From the NCBI GenBank assembly GCA_965113315.1, contig OZ220365.1: a stretch of DNA of 64,000 nucleotides; one strand, 5' to 3'. Under the pieces are notes generated by a model. The model had not been told where the DNA came from. It worked only from the letters and a program-made list of their open reading frames with translations, and made no database searches. The DNA comes from Podarcis vaucheri (taxonomy: Eukaryota). Below, in pieces: positions 36,714 through 51,100 of the stretch (the first letter of the stretch is position 1; every line of letters begins with the position of its first letter). The position numbers were made by a program, and so were the translations under genes.

Positions 36714-37337
36714 CCATATATAAACAGACATTTCAAAGGCATTAAGAGGGCTTATTCCTGAAAACTGAGCAATTTCTAACACTGCTAGAGCTATTTCTGT
36801 GCACACTTTTCAAGGAACAACATCACCATTTTGCAAGGAAAATTAGCTGTTGTCGAGCCACAGAGAGTTGTACTGAGCCATTCAGACCTGGGTTGTATTA
36901 GCAGCATCAAATTTATGTCTGACACACAGTCCAACAATAAATAAAAAAAACCAAGCACATCACAGATGTCTTTTTCATTTCAAGCAGGTTTCCAACTTTA
37001 TCCTGCTTTTCACAACTTTTTCTAGCACTTCGTTTGTTTTGGCACCATATATATCTGTTAATTAAACCAAGTACACCCCAGAACCACATATTCTATTATA
37101 GACATTCCATATCCTTCCCTCCTTTCTTTACACATAATTCACACTGCATATAAACAACTTCTAATTAATGAACATTTAGCAGTGACAGAGAGAAATTGCT
37201 TAAAAGCAAAAGCAAATGCAAGGATCGTACAGAGTTAAAACTTTTTTTGCAGTTATTCTACAAGAGTTAAATTCTCCCATTTGGTTTCCACTAGGCACAT
37301 CACTGTATCCTGTTCAGACGTTACAACATCACTTATA

Positions 37338-37441
37338 CAGTCATACCTTGTGTTGCATTAGGTTCATGTTGCATCTTTTCAGCTTGTGTATACTTCCAGG
37401 TACCCTGGAACAGATTGTGTCCGCAACTAGAGGTACCACTG
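37338..37441. mobile_element. Short Tigger-like MITE
   Basis: TA-CAGTCATACCTTGTGTTGC ... GCAACTAGAGGTACCACTG-TA, imperfect TIRs. Confidence 0.6.
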
Positions 37442-39319
37442 TATCTTGAACTGGAGGGTGTTCAAATTATGCCCCTACTAAAGTAACCCAGAATAAGTCT
37501 CACCACTCCAGCTTTCTCCTGCTAACCTGGTCCCAGTGGGAGGGGAAGGGTTTTCAACCAGGATTCAAGAACCATGGGTAATGTTTTTCTCATGGCTCCT
37601 GCCAGCAAGGAATCTTCGAGGACCTTTCAAAGCCTGTTGTAAAACCACCCTACCAGAAAATCCAATATAGCAGCTTCTGCAAGAGTTCATCCTGGATCCA
37701 TTTAGATTTGGGTTCTAGGTGAGAAAACACATCCTGTATCACTCTTCAAGCAGATGCACCAGCTCCTGGGTCCAAATCCCACATTTTTTGGCTTCACACT
37801 TTAAGTAACACCCTTAAAGATTGATAGTCACTAATCAACTCTTACTTCTGTAAACAAAACCATTAAATCTCAAATGCAACTGAGGAAGAAATTAGGAAGA
37901 AGCTGCATGTTTTTCATGTAACTGAAACAGACATTTACAAAATATACGCATCAGCCCAAACTTAACAAACTTGCAAATTTTACTGCCCCTGTACCCTCAA
38001 ATACTGAGTGCTTTGTTGCCTTACCTGTCTGCTTAGCTGGCTGAAGTTTCTAGAATCAAATCAGAATTCCCAAACTCAGTTAATAGCATGGGCATAGCTA
38101 AAAATTTTGTGGGGGGGGGGCAAGCCTTTTGTTAAGGGGGCAAAACCTCTGTTTGCTATGTATTTTATTGATTTTTATTGATTTAGGGGGGCAGCTGCAA
38201 TGTCCATGGTTAATAGTATTAGGTAGCCACCAGTGAAGTAGTTTAAAAATTCTACTTGTAAGAATGCTACTTTAATATGTTGGTTTTCAGAAATCCTAAT
38301 ACAACAAAATTTGATTTTTAATTCTCTTGTGTGTGGGGGGGGGGGATACATTAAAATTGTACTTTGTTTCTTCCTGAGTTGGTTCTCTCTCTCTCTCTCT
38401 CTCTTTTAACTACAAGATATCTGCTATTCATATCTCTATTCCCATGTGACAAGTGGCTTACTTCAGAAGCTTAAAGCACTATGAACATTTAATTTAAACT
38501 CACTGCCATCAACTTATGAGACACTGCTATCATACAATGCAAATGCATACATTTTTATCTATTAGAAGAAGATAATGTTTTTCAATCACTGAGGATGTAT
38601 AGCAAGTTAATATAATTCAGCTGTATTTTTCACTTAACCAGCTGATTTCTAGTGCTTCATGTTCCATTCTCTAAATACTTAAAAGTAATAAAGTGACAAT
38701 TGGTGCCAAGAATAATACAACTTAAAGAATGGACTGTAAATGTAACAGTAATTAAGCCATACAGCCTCTATTATACATATACCATATCTCAAATGATGTC
38801 TAGTAATTAGATTTCCTAAAATCTGAGTTAAAACTAATTACTGTAGTCACTAATTCAAAACAGGCCATGCTTAATCTACTCTTTATTAAAATATGCTTTT
38901 AAAAATTCAATTTGTTGACATTTTGTTTTTCTCATTATAAGGATAATTTTATCCAAGCAGTCACTGATGCTGTCTTAGAATGGAAATGCAGACGCCATCA
39001 ATGTTTTCAACCTGAAATTATAAGCTATTACATTTGGAAAGTGTCCTCATTAATTCTTTGAAATAAACATTCTGCTAAGAAAACAACTAAGTCTGCTGCT
39101 TGCTTTTCAGCAGAGCTGCCAGTTTGGACAAGGGTTTGTGACCTATACAAACTGTGTGTTTAAGTAAATTAAATTTGTATGTTGTTGTTTTTTGTTTTCA
39201 ATAACTTTGATGCAGTTCTTACTATTTCGCATAAATAGTTGCAGGAGAACTAGTTATAGAGGCAAGAACTGGGCAAGACACTGAAGCTCCACCTCTGGGC
39301 CAACCAAGGTTTCTGACAT

Positions 39320-39459
39320 TCATGAGTGCTACGTCATGATCTAAAGCCGCTTCTCTGTGTGTGCGAATCGCGGCAAACCTGGTATTTAGTTCTGGGTTTG
39401 CCGCGGTTGCGACTTGCATCAGGCCCAAGTAGAGGCGGTCGTAGGTAGAGGTTCTACTG
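39320..39459. mobile_element. Tigger-like MITE end fragment with internal hairpin
   Basis: Ends GTAGGTAGAGGTTCTACTG-TA and contains the internal IR CGCGGCAAACC...GGTTTGCCGCG. Confidence 0.55.
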
Positions 39460-41961
39460 TAGTAGAATTGTCACTGACACGAGGTAGATTCCATTTGATG
39501 GTGACACCATGTGGATACAATTTAGCAGTGGCAGACTTTGGGCTTTAAAATTTCAGTGGTGCCATGTGCAACGTCCCTCTCAAGTCAGCACCCAGTGCAG
39601 GTGAACCAGTTGCACTCCTCTAAATCTGCCTCTGAATATAGGCTGAATCCGCATGATGATTCCCTTCCATGTCTTACAGCAGCTATGCAGAGTCCCTACA
39701 GTCTGCAAGTGATCTTCAGCTGCAGCCAGACCACTCTTTTAATACTTACTAAGTAGTCCATGTATAAAACAAGGATAATTCTACAACAATATTCACTCAT
39801 GTCCTGCTACTAGACCAGGAGAAACAATGACAAGGTAACAGTGAGAAACCGTAATATCTGTTGGCATAGATAGCAATCCTCAGAGGGGTGTAAAAATGTT
39901 AGCAGAAGAGACAGAATTAACCTCTGACAGTTACTACCAGTCTGGAGACACCCAAATGTAAGCATGGAAGAAATCCCTACATTGTTGTGATGGAAATGAG
40001 CCTGAATGACACATGGGTTCATGTATTCTTCCCCATTGACTGCAGTCCAAACCCACAGCTGTAGTTAATCTTAAAGTATGATTCATTGAAACAAGACAAC
40101 TTCATAAAACAAGGTTGGAATTTGGATTATTTATTTTAAGCAATGTTAAGACCAATCACAATCGTTTGGGTTCAGACACATCATTAATTGTGGTTAGTCA
40201 AAAACAAGCAAAAGCTTCTGATCTGTTTTCAGCCACATTGGAAAACAGAAGGCTAGGTGTCACATGGGTTCATTCTTGTAACAATAAATCATAGCTTACT
40301 GTTTTGTCTGGACACAGTCACTATCTCTAGACTTTCATAAAACTTGGTGTGGGTGGAGGTAAGGAGGAGCAACTTCCACCCCCAAGATAGCACACGTTCT
40401 CCTACCAGGTAGCTTCCCACATACACTGAACTTTATAGCAATAATCTCATTACAGAGAGGCCTTCCAAACTGCAGTTTCTACTCACATGTAGAAAGCGAC
40501 AATAATATATTTATAAAAGTGGAAATATGGAAGTGCAGCATTAACACTGTGGCAATCATCACATTAATGTGCTAAATGAAAGACTTGTTCCATGGAATAT
40601 GAAACAATTTTTTTGACAATGTGATAATATAACAGATTCTTCCCTTCTATGTAAGACAAAACATGTTGTATGCATGCCTGACATCTTTGTTTTCCACTGT
40701 CAAAATATTATGTTATTCTATAAAGTTACAAAGGAGATGTTACTAAGCAGAATAGCACTAAGTTGTCAACATATTTCCATAAATGCAAAGGATATGCATA
40801 TCACTGTAATTTATCCTAAAATATAACAATTTATATTTAGAAGTAAGTTCCATTTAGTTCAAGGGGATATCCTTCCATGTAGATGTACATAAGATTTCAG
40901 TCAACTCTCCTTACTGAAAAGTGATGTTATATTTTGGAGAAAATCTCATTTAAGACAAAAGCAGAGGGTCTTTGAGTGCTTTTTTTTGGATTATAAAAAG
41001 AGATGCAGCATTGTATTGCTACAGTTGCATTCACTTGAGAAAGATTTGTGTGGGGTGTTTTTAAAAGCTTCTCAATATAAACAGAGACAAATTTAAAAAG
41101 TGGGTGAGACAAGTAATTAAGATAAATTAGAAATACTTTCATGCGCTTTTGACATCACAAATACCTCATGAATGGCTTCCAGTGACCCCAAAAAATGATC
41201 GAACTATGATAAAGGCCAGTGTCACAGAGACTAAAGACAGAGAGATGCAAGCTTTGTCTGAGTTCATCCAGAGAACGTCAGCAAATTGCCATGTCACACA
41301 ATTTTATACCTCCCCTGTGGTAAATGTGGCCCTTTGCCCTTTCACCCTGACAGATTACTGCAAACATCAGTGAGCAGAATCTTAACTACAAAACAACATC
41401 TCCCAAAAATCATCACTGCTCTCATTTTAAATAAATAAAATGGCTATTTATTTATTTACATTTCCAACCCCCAATCTTTTGTTCCAAAAGATTTGCAAAT
41501 GACAAAAACAATATAAAAACATATTAAAATTAAAACAGCGTATCAAGTGCAATACATTCTTTAAAATTTGATTTATAATTGTAGATTTTATTGTTCTATA
41601 CACCAGGCCCCCAGGCCCATAACCCTTTGGTGAAAAGCAGGTAAGGAATATAAACAAACAGCTTCTCATTAGTTTTGATGGCGGGGGGAGTTTGTTGCTG
41701 CCAATCATAATTTTGCTAACAGATCTGGCCACCATTTATTTCCCCCACTGTCCTAGATCTACCACTATTCCCATGCACTGAGGTGGAAATGGTGACCACT
41801 GCAAAGAAGAAAATTGTGGAGAATACTCTGCAAAATTCTTTAAAAGTACTTTCTTTCTCCAGGAAGATGAGAGAAAGAAAAATCTCACCAAGTTTCTCAA
41901 AAAAAATATAATGTATTCTGATACATTTTGCCTCTACTCTAATTAAAACAGGACTCTGGTA

Positions 41962-42183
41962 CAGTGGTACCTCGGGTTAAGTACTTAATTCGTTCCGGAG
42001 GTGCGTTCTTAACCTGAAACTGTTCTTAACCTGAAGCACCACTTTAGCTAATGGGGCCTCCTACTGCCACTGCGCAGGAGCACGATTTCTGTTCTCATCC
42101 TGTAGCAAAGTTCTTAACCTGAAGCACTATTTCTGGGTTAGGGGAGTCTGTAACCTGAAGCGTATGTACCTGAGGTACCACTG
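41962..42183. mobile_element. Tc1/mariner (Tigger-like) MITE, second family
   Basis: Near-identical to 7200-7442, with TA flanks. Confidence 0.88.
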
Positions 42184-43119
42184 TACTCCAAACCTCTCTT
42201 ATATTCCATGCACAAACTGGGGGCAGCGGGATGTGGGGGGGGGGTCATTGCACAGCTCTTTGGATCCTGGCATATAGCAATTTATCTTCATATTTGAAGG
42301 TACCGCTGCTATCCAGGTGCCCCTGCCATCTGAGGAAAGGGATGAAGGCATTCCGACCTGCAGTTCCCCATTTATGGACTTCTCTCTCATTTATGCAATT
42401 CTTATTTCACATACTGCTTCACAACTTTTTTATGGGAATCACCCTAGAAATACTTGTTGAAGGGCAAAATACAAACGACAACACACCCCAATCAGAAACC
42501 CTTTCATCTGAACTTCCAGTATACAACTAATACAACTATTAGCTGACTTCCAGTATACAACTATTTACTCAAATGATTTGAGTATTACTTAAGAGATGCC
42601 AATCATTTCGTACTTGTTCCAAAAATGGAATCTAGCTAGGAACACTATGCACAAACAGGCTTCCCCACATGGATTCCTAGCTGGATGGAGAAAGGCATAC
42701 ACAAAGTGACTCCCACATGGACGGTCCAAGTATTAGCATTCAAAAATGCTAAAATTATACCAATGAGCTCTTCGGGAGAGGGCTGGAGTTACTCAATTCT
42801 GCCACTTGCCCTTCCCTGTCAAAAAGCTGATCAATGCAATTTTTAGTGGGTTCTCTTTGTGTAAACCTGGCTACTCCACACTTGTTTTTCAGGACATGTT
42901 CCTGTTCCAGACAGATGCCTCATTACCTCTGCGTGTGACACTCCAGACGGAAGTCATTTATTTGTCACATTTCATCATCAATTAGCCGGCACTGAGCTAC
43001 AGAAAAGGAATGCCAAGCAATGATCCTGGAGAGGGCTTTATGAAGTTAAGACTACTTTTTTGCATTGTGTTACTAGGCCTAGTCACTATGATCTTCCCCT
43101 GAGCAACATAGTACTGTTT

Positions 43120-43315
43120 CACGCGGGGTGTCCCTGGTTGATCGCATGATCCTGATCGATCACCAGGCAGAACAAAAAAAAACCTCAACTTTGGTGAATA
43201 ATCCCCCCCAAAAAAGCTCAACAACTTTGGTCAATCCAATGGGTAGATCATTGCCAGTTGTTGTTTTTTATATAGTGGGAGTAGATCGCAGGCTCTTGGG
43301 AGTTGGACATGCCTG
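43120..43315. mobile_element. hAT-type MITE fragment
   Basis: Repeated GATC/GTAGATC motifs and the terminus GAGTTGGACATGCCTG. Confidence 0.5.
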
Positions 43316-46029
43316 CTGTAGGAGATAAGCACCTGATAGAAGTTCAGCATGACACAAAAGGAAGTGGAGAAACAATTATCTGCTACACTTGTAAAAAAAT
43401 AGGGGCCCCTGTCTTCTTTAACCTCTTCCCCATAAGCAGAGCTTTTCATAGTTCGCTGGCCTACTGAACTCAGTAGGGCTTAGTTCTGAATAAAACTGCT
43501 GTGGACTGAACCATAGTGTTAAATTCACCCACAGTCTAGAGCACAGCATACCTCTGTTCTAGGAAGCTAGAATAGGTCAGCACTTTTTCTTTTTGTTTTT
43601 ACGTCTTCCTCTTAAAACAGCAGACCTCTATGACATATCACAAATTGTGTTAGAAATTCCTCCATGACTGAGTAATAGATTTTTAAAAATATTACAACTT
43701 CAGCAACATCATCGTCACCATCTAACTGATGGAGGTATTAAAAATGTTTTTCTCAGATAACTTGGTATATCCAAATTTAAAATTATAAATGCCTCAATCC
43801 TGCTCTCCCCCACCCCGCACGCCAAAACACTAAGACAAGGGTTAAGGATTAATTGTTTATGTAAATTAAAACTTTGGTATGACAACAAGGCAAGGCAAAA
43901 TCCCTCAGATGCATAATTAGCATGGCTCGATAGTATAATGAAAAGAAGTTTTAAGTGACTGATAAATACTGAGAAATAATTTGAAAACAGACTAGAAGTA
44001 TCACAGTTCATAGTGAAAAACATCACACATTCGTATGCAAAGCCATGAAGGCAAGTATTTTTTTAAATGTGCAAACTCCATTCAATTAAAAATAAAATAA
44101 AATTGGTGCACACTTACAAGATATATTGTCAGAATTCATTTTCATCCATTTAATTACCAAATAAACAAGACTTCATATAACAACGTCTCTAAGGAGTGAA
44201 GAAATGGAGGATAGCTTTGTTTTTATTTCTTTATTTAGAGCTCTCCTTTGCATTTTCTGACATAGATAAATTGACCGCCAAGTTAACTATACTAACATTA
44301 ACATACTATAAAAACTTTGGAAATTATCAGATGCTACCCAATTGTAAGGCTATTACTAGATTGTAATTAAGGGGGCACTGAATAATGAAGGGCTAAATCT
44401 TAGCTCTTACATTCGACTGAAGCAGGTGATTGGATTGTGCATTTGGAAAGGAAACCAGTAGTTAATTTATAAACTGATGTGTTGGAAGATATCAAACTTT
44501 GCTCCAATCGAATGTGTTAAGATAAATAGTGAAGAAAATGCAATCTGCATATGCACAGAAGTATTCTTTTCCAAAAACAGGTATCTAGCATTTAGAAGTG
44601 GAATCTAGAATTTATGGGGCTAAATTCTCTGAACCCATCACTCAGATTTAATCCTGAGTGTAATGATATGTTCCAGGCTGTTATAGCTCAGCTGGAAAAG
44701 CTAGAAGAGAGAAAATAAACATACATACATTTTAAAAATAAATTAAGGTTTTCAATATCAGATAGGATATTCATAAGTCATGGGTTGCTTTCTTTGCCTT
44801 CAGTACCTTCAATCCATCTCCCACCATCTTAACAACATTCTCACCTTTCTGATCTAAATGATCAACTTTTCTACTAAAAGTTCCTTCATAAGCTTTAGAA
44901 AAAATAATGAGGAAAAGTGTCAACAACCAGATTTTTATTAAAGTGTACTTACTCCCTAGGCAATGCAGTAAAGAAGGCTGACATCAGTATTTTTCTATAA
45001 TGTCCATGGGAGTTTGTTCATTGATTGTCTTTCCTGTCTATATGATTAGTCAACAGTCTGATAAGTTAATCACAACTATCTCAGTATCAAAGACTATCAA
45101 TATATATTGCTATGGCATTGGCACATGCTTGTAAATTGAAATTTGTATGAACTCCAGTTTTTTCAATGTTACCCAAGCACATAGCATTTTTCCCTTACTG
45201 AAAGGTAAACTTAATTTCTCAGTTTCTCAAAACACCACCCAACCAAGTCAACATGATCCCATGCAAAAGTTTCCTCACCTTTGGAGTTTCCTATCTTCCT
45301 TTCACATTAGGTTCTAAAGCAGCCAACTGTTGACACTGTATCCTAGGCCTAGACAACCTCAAACATTCCTTTCTTGTCAAATGTTCAAGGATACTTGGTT
45401 GATAATCCAAGAAACGTTCCAACCCAAATACATCTGTAACGCAGGGATATCAAGAGCGACATTTTCATGTTTAATGTGGTGAAGGAAATAGTTATTAAAA
45501 ATGATTCTCATTTTCACCTCCATTCACAATTGAGCAGGTTCACCAAATCCAAATACCGTATGTTAGAAAAAACAGTACAGTGGTTTTATAAACAAAAATG
45601 CAATACGTTATATGATGGGTTATAGCTCATTTAATACAATTAAAAGAATAGAGTTGTCAATGAAACTAATTTCACAATGAAAATTACATACATTTCTGTG
45701 GTCAGGCACACCATAATGAAAAACATATTACTGTCTTTAGATGGAAACTACTGGTTTTGTTTTGGAAACTGCCATCATTATTTCCCCGCACCTAGCATTA
45801 AGCCTTAAATTAAACTAAATTATAGTAACTATGAAAAGGGTTATTACCTTGCCTCCTATTGTTAGGCAATTAATTGACTAATGTAAGGAGCACAAATTGC
45901 CTCTAAGAGCATTCTGATACATTCAGACACTATTTTGGGGGACAGGTAGTAGTTTAAGGCTAATAAAGTATTTCTTAAAGCACACAGTGATTCTGATTTT
46001 TTGGGGCGGAAAAATAGACCATTAAGCCT

Positions 46030-46172
46030 CTAGCCAAACAATTGAAATCTGAATTCACTGTAGAAAATTCATAGTTCCTGTGTTAACAAATATGGATGAT
46101 CTAGCCAAACAATTGAAATCTGAATTCATTGTAGAAAAATCATAGTTAACAAATATGTGTTAACAAATATGG
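46030..46172. repeat. Local tandem duplication (about 71-bp unit x2)
   Basis: CTAGCCAAACAATTGAAATCTGAATTCA(C/T)TGTAGAAAA... occurs at 46030 and 46101. Confidence 0.9.
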
Positions 46173-46725
46173 CTGGATTGTTTTATTAACACGCACTTAC
46201 AAGAATCAGCCAGTTCAGTCACCATGCCTGTCCAAATTGATATCACTTTCTCTTGTCTTGATCACAGTTGTGAGCTCATCTTGAAGCAGAGAATAAGAAC
46301 TGAAATGTATTGTTATGAGTTTGGGGTGTTAAAAGGGGTGCCAGACTCCTCTAAGCCCTGAATCCAGCAAGTGTTGAAAACTGATCAAAGCTTCTAATTT
46401 TTTGAATAGCCAGGCTAGCCTCCTTGTGAGGTGTAAGAAGAACAAAGGAAGCAGCACTGTGGGAGACGGTAAATGAGGGAGGCCCCTCCTTCAACTCACA
46501 GATATTGAGAAGGACAAAAGCCAGAGTTGGGAGTTCAGAGGAGTGATGTGGCCTGGGAAGGAAGGCAGCAAGCTGGAGGGAAAACAGCAAGGTTAGAGAA
46601 CAATTTTTTAAATCAAGGATGCTGCTATAGGAGAAACATGACCCTTTGAAGTTGTTAATGTTGTGATCCCCTCCATCACAGGCTCAGGTTGTGTATATAT
46701 ACATATATACATATACATATACATA

Positions 46726-47074
46726 GGGTAAAGAGACCCCTGACCATTAGGTCCAGTCATGGCCGACTCTGGGGTTGCGGTGCTCATCTCGCTTTATTGG
46801 CCAAGGGAGCCGGCATACAGCTTCCGGGTCATGTGGCCAGCATGACTAAGCCGCTTCTGGTGAACCAGAGCAGCGCATGGAAACGCCGTTTACCTTCCCG
46901 CCAGAGTGGTACCTATTTATCTACTTGCACTTTGACGTGCTTTTGAACTGCTAGGTTGGCAGGAGCAGGGACCGAGCAACGGGAGCTCACCCCGTCGCGG
47001 GGATTCGAACCGCCGACCTTCTGATCGGCAAGCCCTAGGCTCTGTGGTTTAACCCACAGTGCCACCCGCGTCCC
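46726..47074 (-). mobile_element. Sauria SINE
   Basis: Full length, inserted in a TA/CA-rich tract. TSD tacata. Confidence 0.93.
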
Positions 47075-47469
47075 TACATATCTATATCTATATCTATATC
47101 TATATTTAGATAGATATAGCTCCTAAGGACATCACAGTTTCCACTGTACCTTATTCGAAAAAAGAAACACAAACCCTGGGTAAGTGCCTGGAAGCCCTGG
47201 AATATTGCACTGCTTGGAGATTGGGGTGACATACAACAGAGTAATAAAAAAACTTTAATCTCACATTTTAAAAGAACAGTTGCATTCCTATATAGGTGTA
47301 GATATACTATGAGGGCAGTTATTCCCTTGGTCATATGTGGATTTTTTTCCACCATAGTATTTCAGTATACATCTTCCTTTCTTTACAGGCAGAGGGCCTT
47401 TTGGGTAGTCACGCCCACCCTGTGGAACACCCTCTGAGCAGATGTCAAACAGATAAACCGCTATGTAAT

Positions 47470-47615
47470 TTTTAAAACACATCTGAAGGCAGACCTATTT
47501 GGGGAAGTTTTTAGTGTTTGATGTTGCAGTGTGTTTTTACTATTTTATGTTGGGAGCTGCCAAGAATGGCTGGGGCAATCCAGTCAGATTGGTAATATAT
47601 AAATATTATTATTAC
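47470..47615 (+). mobile_element. L2-clade 3' fragment
   Basis: TTGGGAGCTGCCAAGAATGGCTGGGGCAATCCAG..TATAAATATTATT, the same family as 28215-28532. Confidence 0.65.
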
Positions 47616-47619
47616 TATT

Positions 47620-47992
47620 AAAGGTAAAGATAAATGGTAAAGGACCCCGGACGGTTAGGTCTAGTCAAAGGTGACCATGGGGTTGTGTCGCTCATCTCAC
47701 TTACAGGCCAAGAGAGCCGGCATTTGTCCACAGACAGCTTTCCGGGTCATGTGGCCAGCATGACTATACCGCTTCTGGTGCAACGGAACACCGTGATGGA
47801 GACCAGGGAGCACAGAAACGCTGTTTACCTTCCCACCAAAGTGGTGCCTATTTATCTACTTGCACTGGTGTGCTTTTGAACTGCTAGGTTGGCAGAAGCT
47901 AGGACAGAGCAACGGGAGCTCACCCTGTTGCACAGATTTGAACCACCAACCAAGAGGCTCAGTGGTTTAGACCACAGTGCCACCCTCGTCCC
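47620..47992 (-). mobile_element. Sauria SINE (older, divergent subfamily) inserted in an L2 tail
   Basis: Same architecture with an extra GGAACACCGTGATGGA segment. It sits in the (TAT/TAC)n tail of the preceding L2. Confidence 0.85.
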
Positions 47993-48052
47993 ATACTACT
48001 ACTACAGATGCCACTCAACCCTTTACCAAGTATTGCCAACCCCTTCTTTCCT

Positions 48053-48198
48053 GTTACAGATGGGTAGCCGTGTTGGTCTGCCATAGTCAAAATAAAAAAA
48101 TTCCTTCCTGTAGCACCTTAAAGACCAACTAAGTTAGTTCTTGGTATAAGCTTTCGTGTGCATGCACACTTCTTCAGATACACCCTTCTTCAGATACA
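48053..48198 (-). mobile_element. Penelope-like element terminal fragment with intact hammerhead motif
   Basis: Same family as 55610-55830. TSD cccttctttcct at 48041-48052 and 48199-48210. Confidence 0.85.
48144..48181 (-). ncRNA. Minimal type-I hammerhead ribozyme motif (Penelope-type)
   Basis: GUAU-CUGAAGA-A-GUGUGC-AU-GCACAC-GAAA-GCU-U-AUAC, showing the core boxes, stem II, a palindromic AGCU stem III and a 4-bp stem I. Confidence 0.72.
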
Positions 48199-51100
48199 CC
48201 CTTCTTTCCTGATATACTACAACAGATATTCACTGCTAATGTGGTGGCTACAAGAGCAGGGTCCCTTTCCCTGGTGGTGCCCAGATGTGGAATACTTCCC
48301 TATGACACCAACTATTATCTTTTCCATGCCAAGTAAAATAAAATTCATTTTCCAAGTTGCTTAACAATTTTAGTATCTGTTGAATTTGGCTTTATGCTGA
48401 CTTTGTATGCAAATTATCATAGTTCTGATACTGATAGACAAATTACAACCAGTAAAAGCACATGTGTTGTAAAGCTACCATGGAAAAACATTTTTGAATG
48501 GCAGGATCCAAATTATTTAATAAATTAACCGCAGAAACATAATTTCAGGTCTCCTCAATTATGAATTCTTACAGTTAATATGGAATATACAAACATGTCT
48601 ACACTCCTCAAACATATACTATTTTTTAATAAGCATGCTATTAATAGCTGCAGTGAGAGAAATGCCCTCTCAGCATCACAGTGTGAAGAGGGCTTTGTAC
48701 TAGATAAAAATAATATATTTTCAAATACAAGTTCCAAGTTGAAACCCCCTCTTTAAAATGTATCTAAGTCAACTACATAATCATTACTCTTCCAGACTGT
48801 CTCATCCAAAATTAGTCTTGTAATCTTAATGGAAAAGAACAAAGTTAAAATATTGGTATAAGTATGACTCAAAGGGGTCAATTTTCAATGTGATATTTGG
48901 GAGAGACATACACAAATCCTTTCACTAAATAATGGGATTAGTCAACATCACCTAGATACTGCTTTGAAAATTTACCACACAGAGCTCTGTCAATTTGAGA
49001 TGCGGGAACTACAGCAGCTGAAAGAATCTGGTCTTAAAAAGAAGATTACAGGTTCCCTAGAGATATCATTTTGCATCTATAAATGACAACATGCAAAGGA
49101 GGGGTGGTCTGAACAAAAGAATCAAAAGAGGTGGTCTGAACAAGAGAATCAAATTATTATTTTTTACTTTCTTTTCAGATACAATACCAATGTAGGAAGA
49201 GACTTCTCCAGGTTTTGTTTTTACAAAAAATGTTTGGGAGAATGGGGAGAGAGATTGAGTAATGATTTAAAGTGCATTCTCAAACAAAACAAAACAAAAA
49301 ATAAAATCCAGTAACAAGGACCCTCTTATTCTTGAAGTATATATTTACAAGGAAACATAAAGAAAAGATTGCGGACTTCTTGAAGGTTTTTCAGTTAGTA
49401 AGAAAAGTAGTTTATTTTAAAGGTAGTTTCTTTTAAATCCGTCTATGTTAATTGTACTTATAAACCTACATATACCTTAAGAAAAATTTCAAATAAAGAA
49501 AATTCCAATACAAATCTTTTTCAAATTGCAATAATTATTCACAAGGGTAATTTTCTATGGGCAAACAAGGCAACTGCTGTTATAACTATGCTGAGCGCCT
49601 TCTACACATCTGCTGGAACCCTGCATAATAAAACCATCTATCTTCCTATCTAATCTAAGCATGTAATTACTTGACAATTCAATCAGCACTCATTTCATTC
49701 TACCACAAAATGAAACAAATTTATTCCAGGGTCCCTAAGCACCTGTAGAAACCCAAGTCAGCTTGCCCATAATTCCGTCTTCTTTTAGGATTGCTCAGCT
49801 TGCCTTGCCCTTTTGTTGGCAAAATGAGGGTAGTCATGGGAGAAGAGCAAGTGCGTCAATTCAAGAAATCCCCCGTAGAGTTCCCACTGCTAGTGCTGCT
49901 TCGACACTTTATTTTATGACTAAGGCCCCCACCCTGCTTCAGAGTTGGTTGGGAAGTTTTACATTCTGATAGTCGTGAGCCCAGAAAGCTTTGCTGCCTT
50001 GTTTCCTGAGACCTCTTGCCTCAAGCAACACTAAGACAACATGAGCGATCACATGGCGCCTCTCTGTAAGGAAAAGGTCTGTTTCATTTGCACAGCAGGA
50101 ACAGCATTCTTCTTGCCCTGCACTGTCTGGCGGTTACGCTAAAATAAAAGATTTGCCTCATTCATGAGCTAAGTCAGGCTAGAGAGTCCACTAGCAGTCC
50201 ACTCGTAGAGAAAGCACAAGACCGGGCTGTGGAGGCAGAATCATCACATTTTATTTATAATATTGATCAAGAGGACAACAGTTCTGACCTGGTTACACCT
50301 TCACTTAAAAGGCTATTAAATCAAATGGTATGCATCTGAATGCTTGCATGGGAAACGCTGCATTGCATATTTTCCCAAGAAGCAACTAAAAGACTAGATG
50401 GACCCCAGGACGGATCCAATAGAGCACTTTTTATTTCTCTCCAACTTCAACTTTCATTTTACAAGTTCAGTTATATAGAGAGTTCTGTATTAGTGTTGCC
50501 TATATGGACTGCTCTCACTAAACAGTTCGAAGATACTGTTGCAACTCCAGCTTTGTTTATCTTTTTCCCAGAGAAGACTGTATATTTTGTTTTGGTTCTT
50601 ACTCCAGTTTCTTACTCCAGTTACTCCTAGTATGATTTGGGGATCGTTCGCTCCTGCTTAAGACACATTTTGAGCTTACAGAAACACTGCAAACTTGAGA
50701 GGAAAGGAAGGTCATGGCAGATCCTCTAGAGACAGTGAATGCTTCATCCTGGAAGATTTAGCAGAACTCTACAGCTGTCAGTCTACATGCTTTGCAATAA
50801 AAGCATCAAGTTTTGTGATATCTTGCCTCCACTCACAGAGCCAGGACATCTCTTGCTGCATCTCCCATTTAAATAAAGAGCCTTAGGATCAGGAGATGTG
50901 ATCACGGATCTTCAGCATCTTGACCCATATACACTGAGGCTACAATCCTATATACACTTACCAAGTAGTTAGTCTCATTGATATTAACACGACATTCTTC
51001 TAAGTAGACATATAAAGGACTGAACTGTTAAAGAGGGCAATCTATGAATAAATGCTTTCCCTTCTTAAGTTTTCACCAGTTTTCCAGTGCTGACCATATA

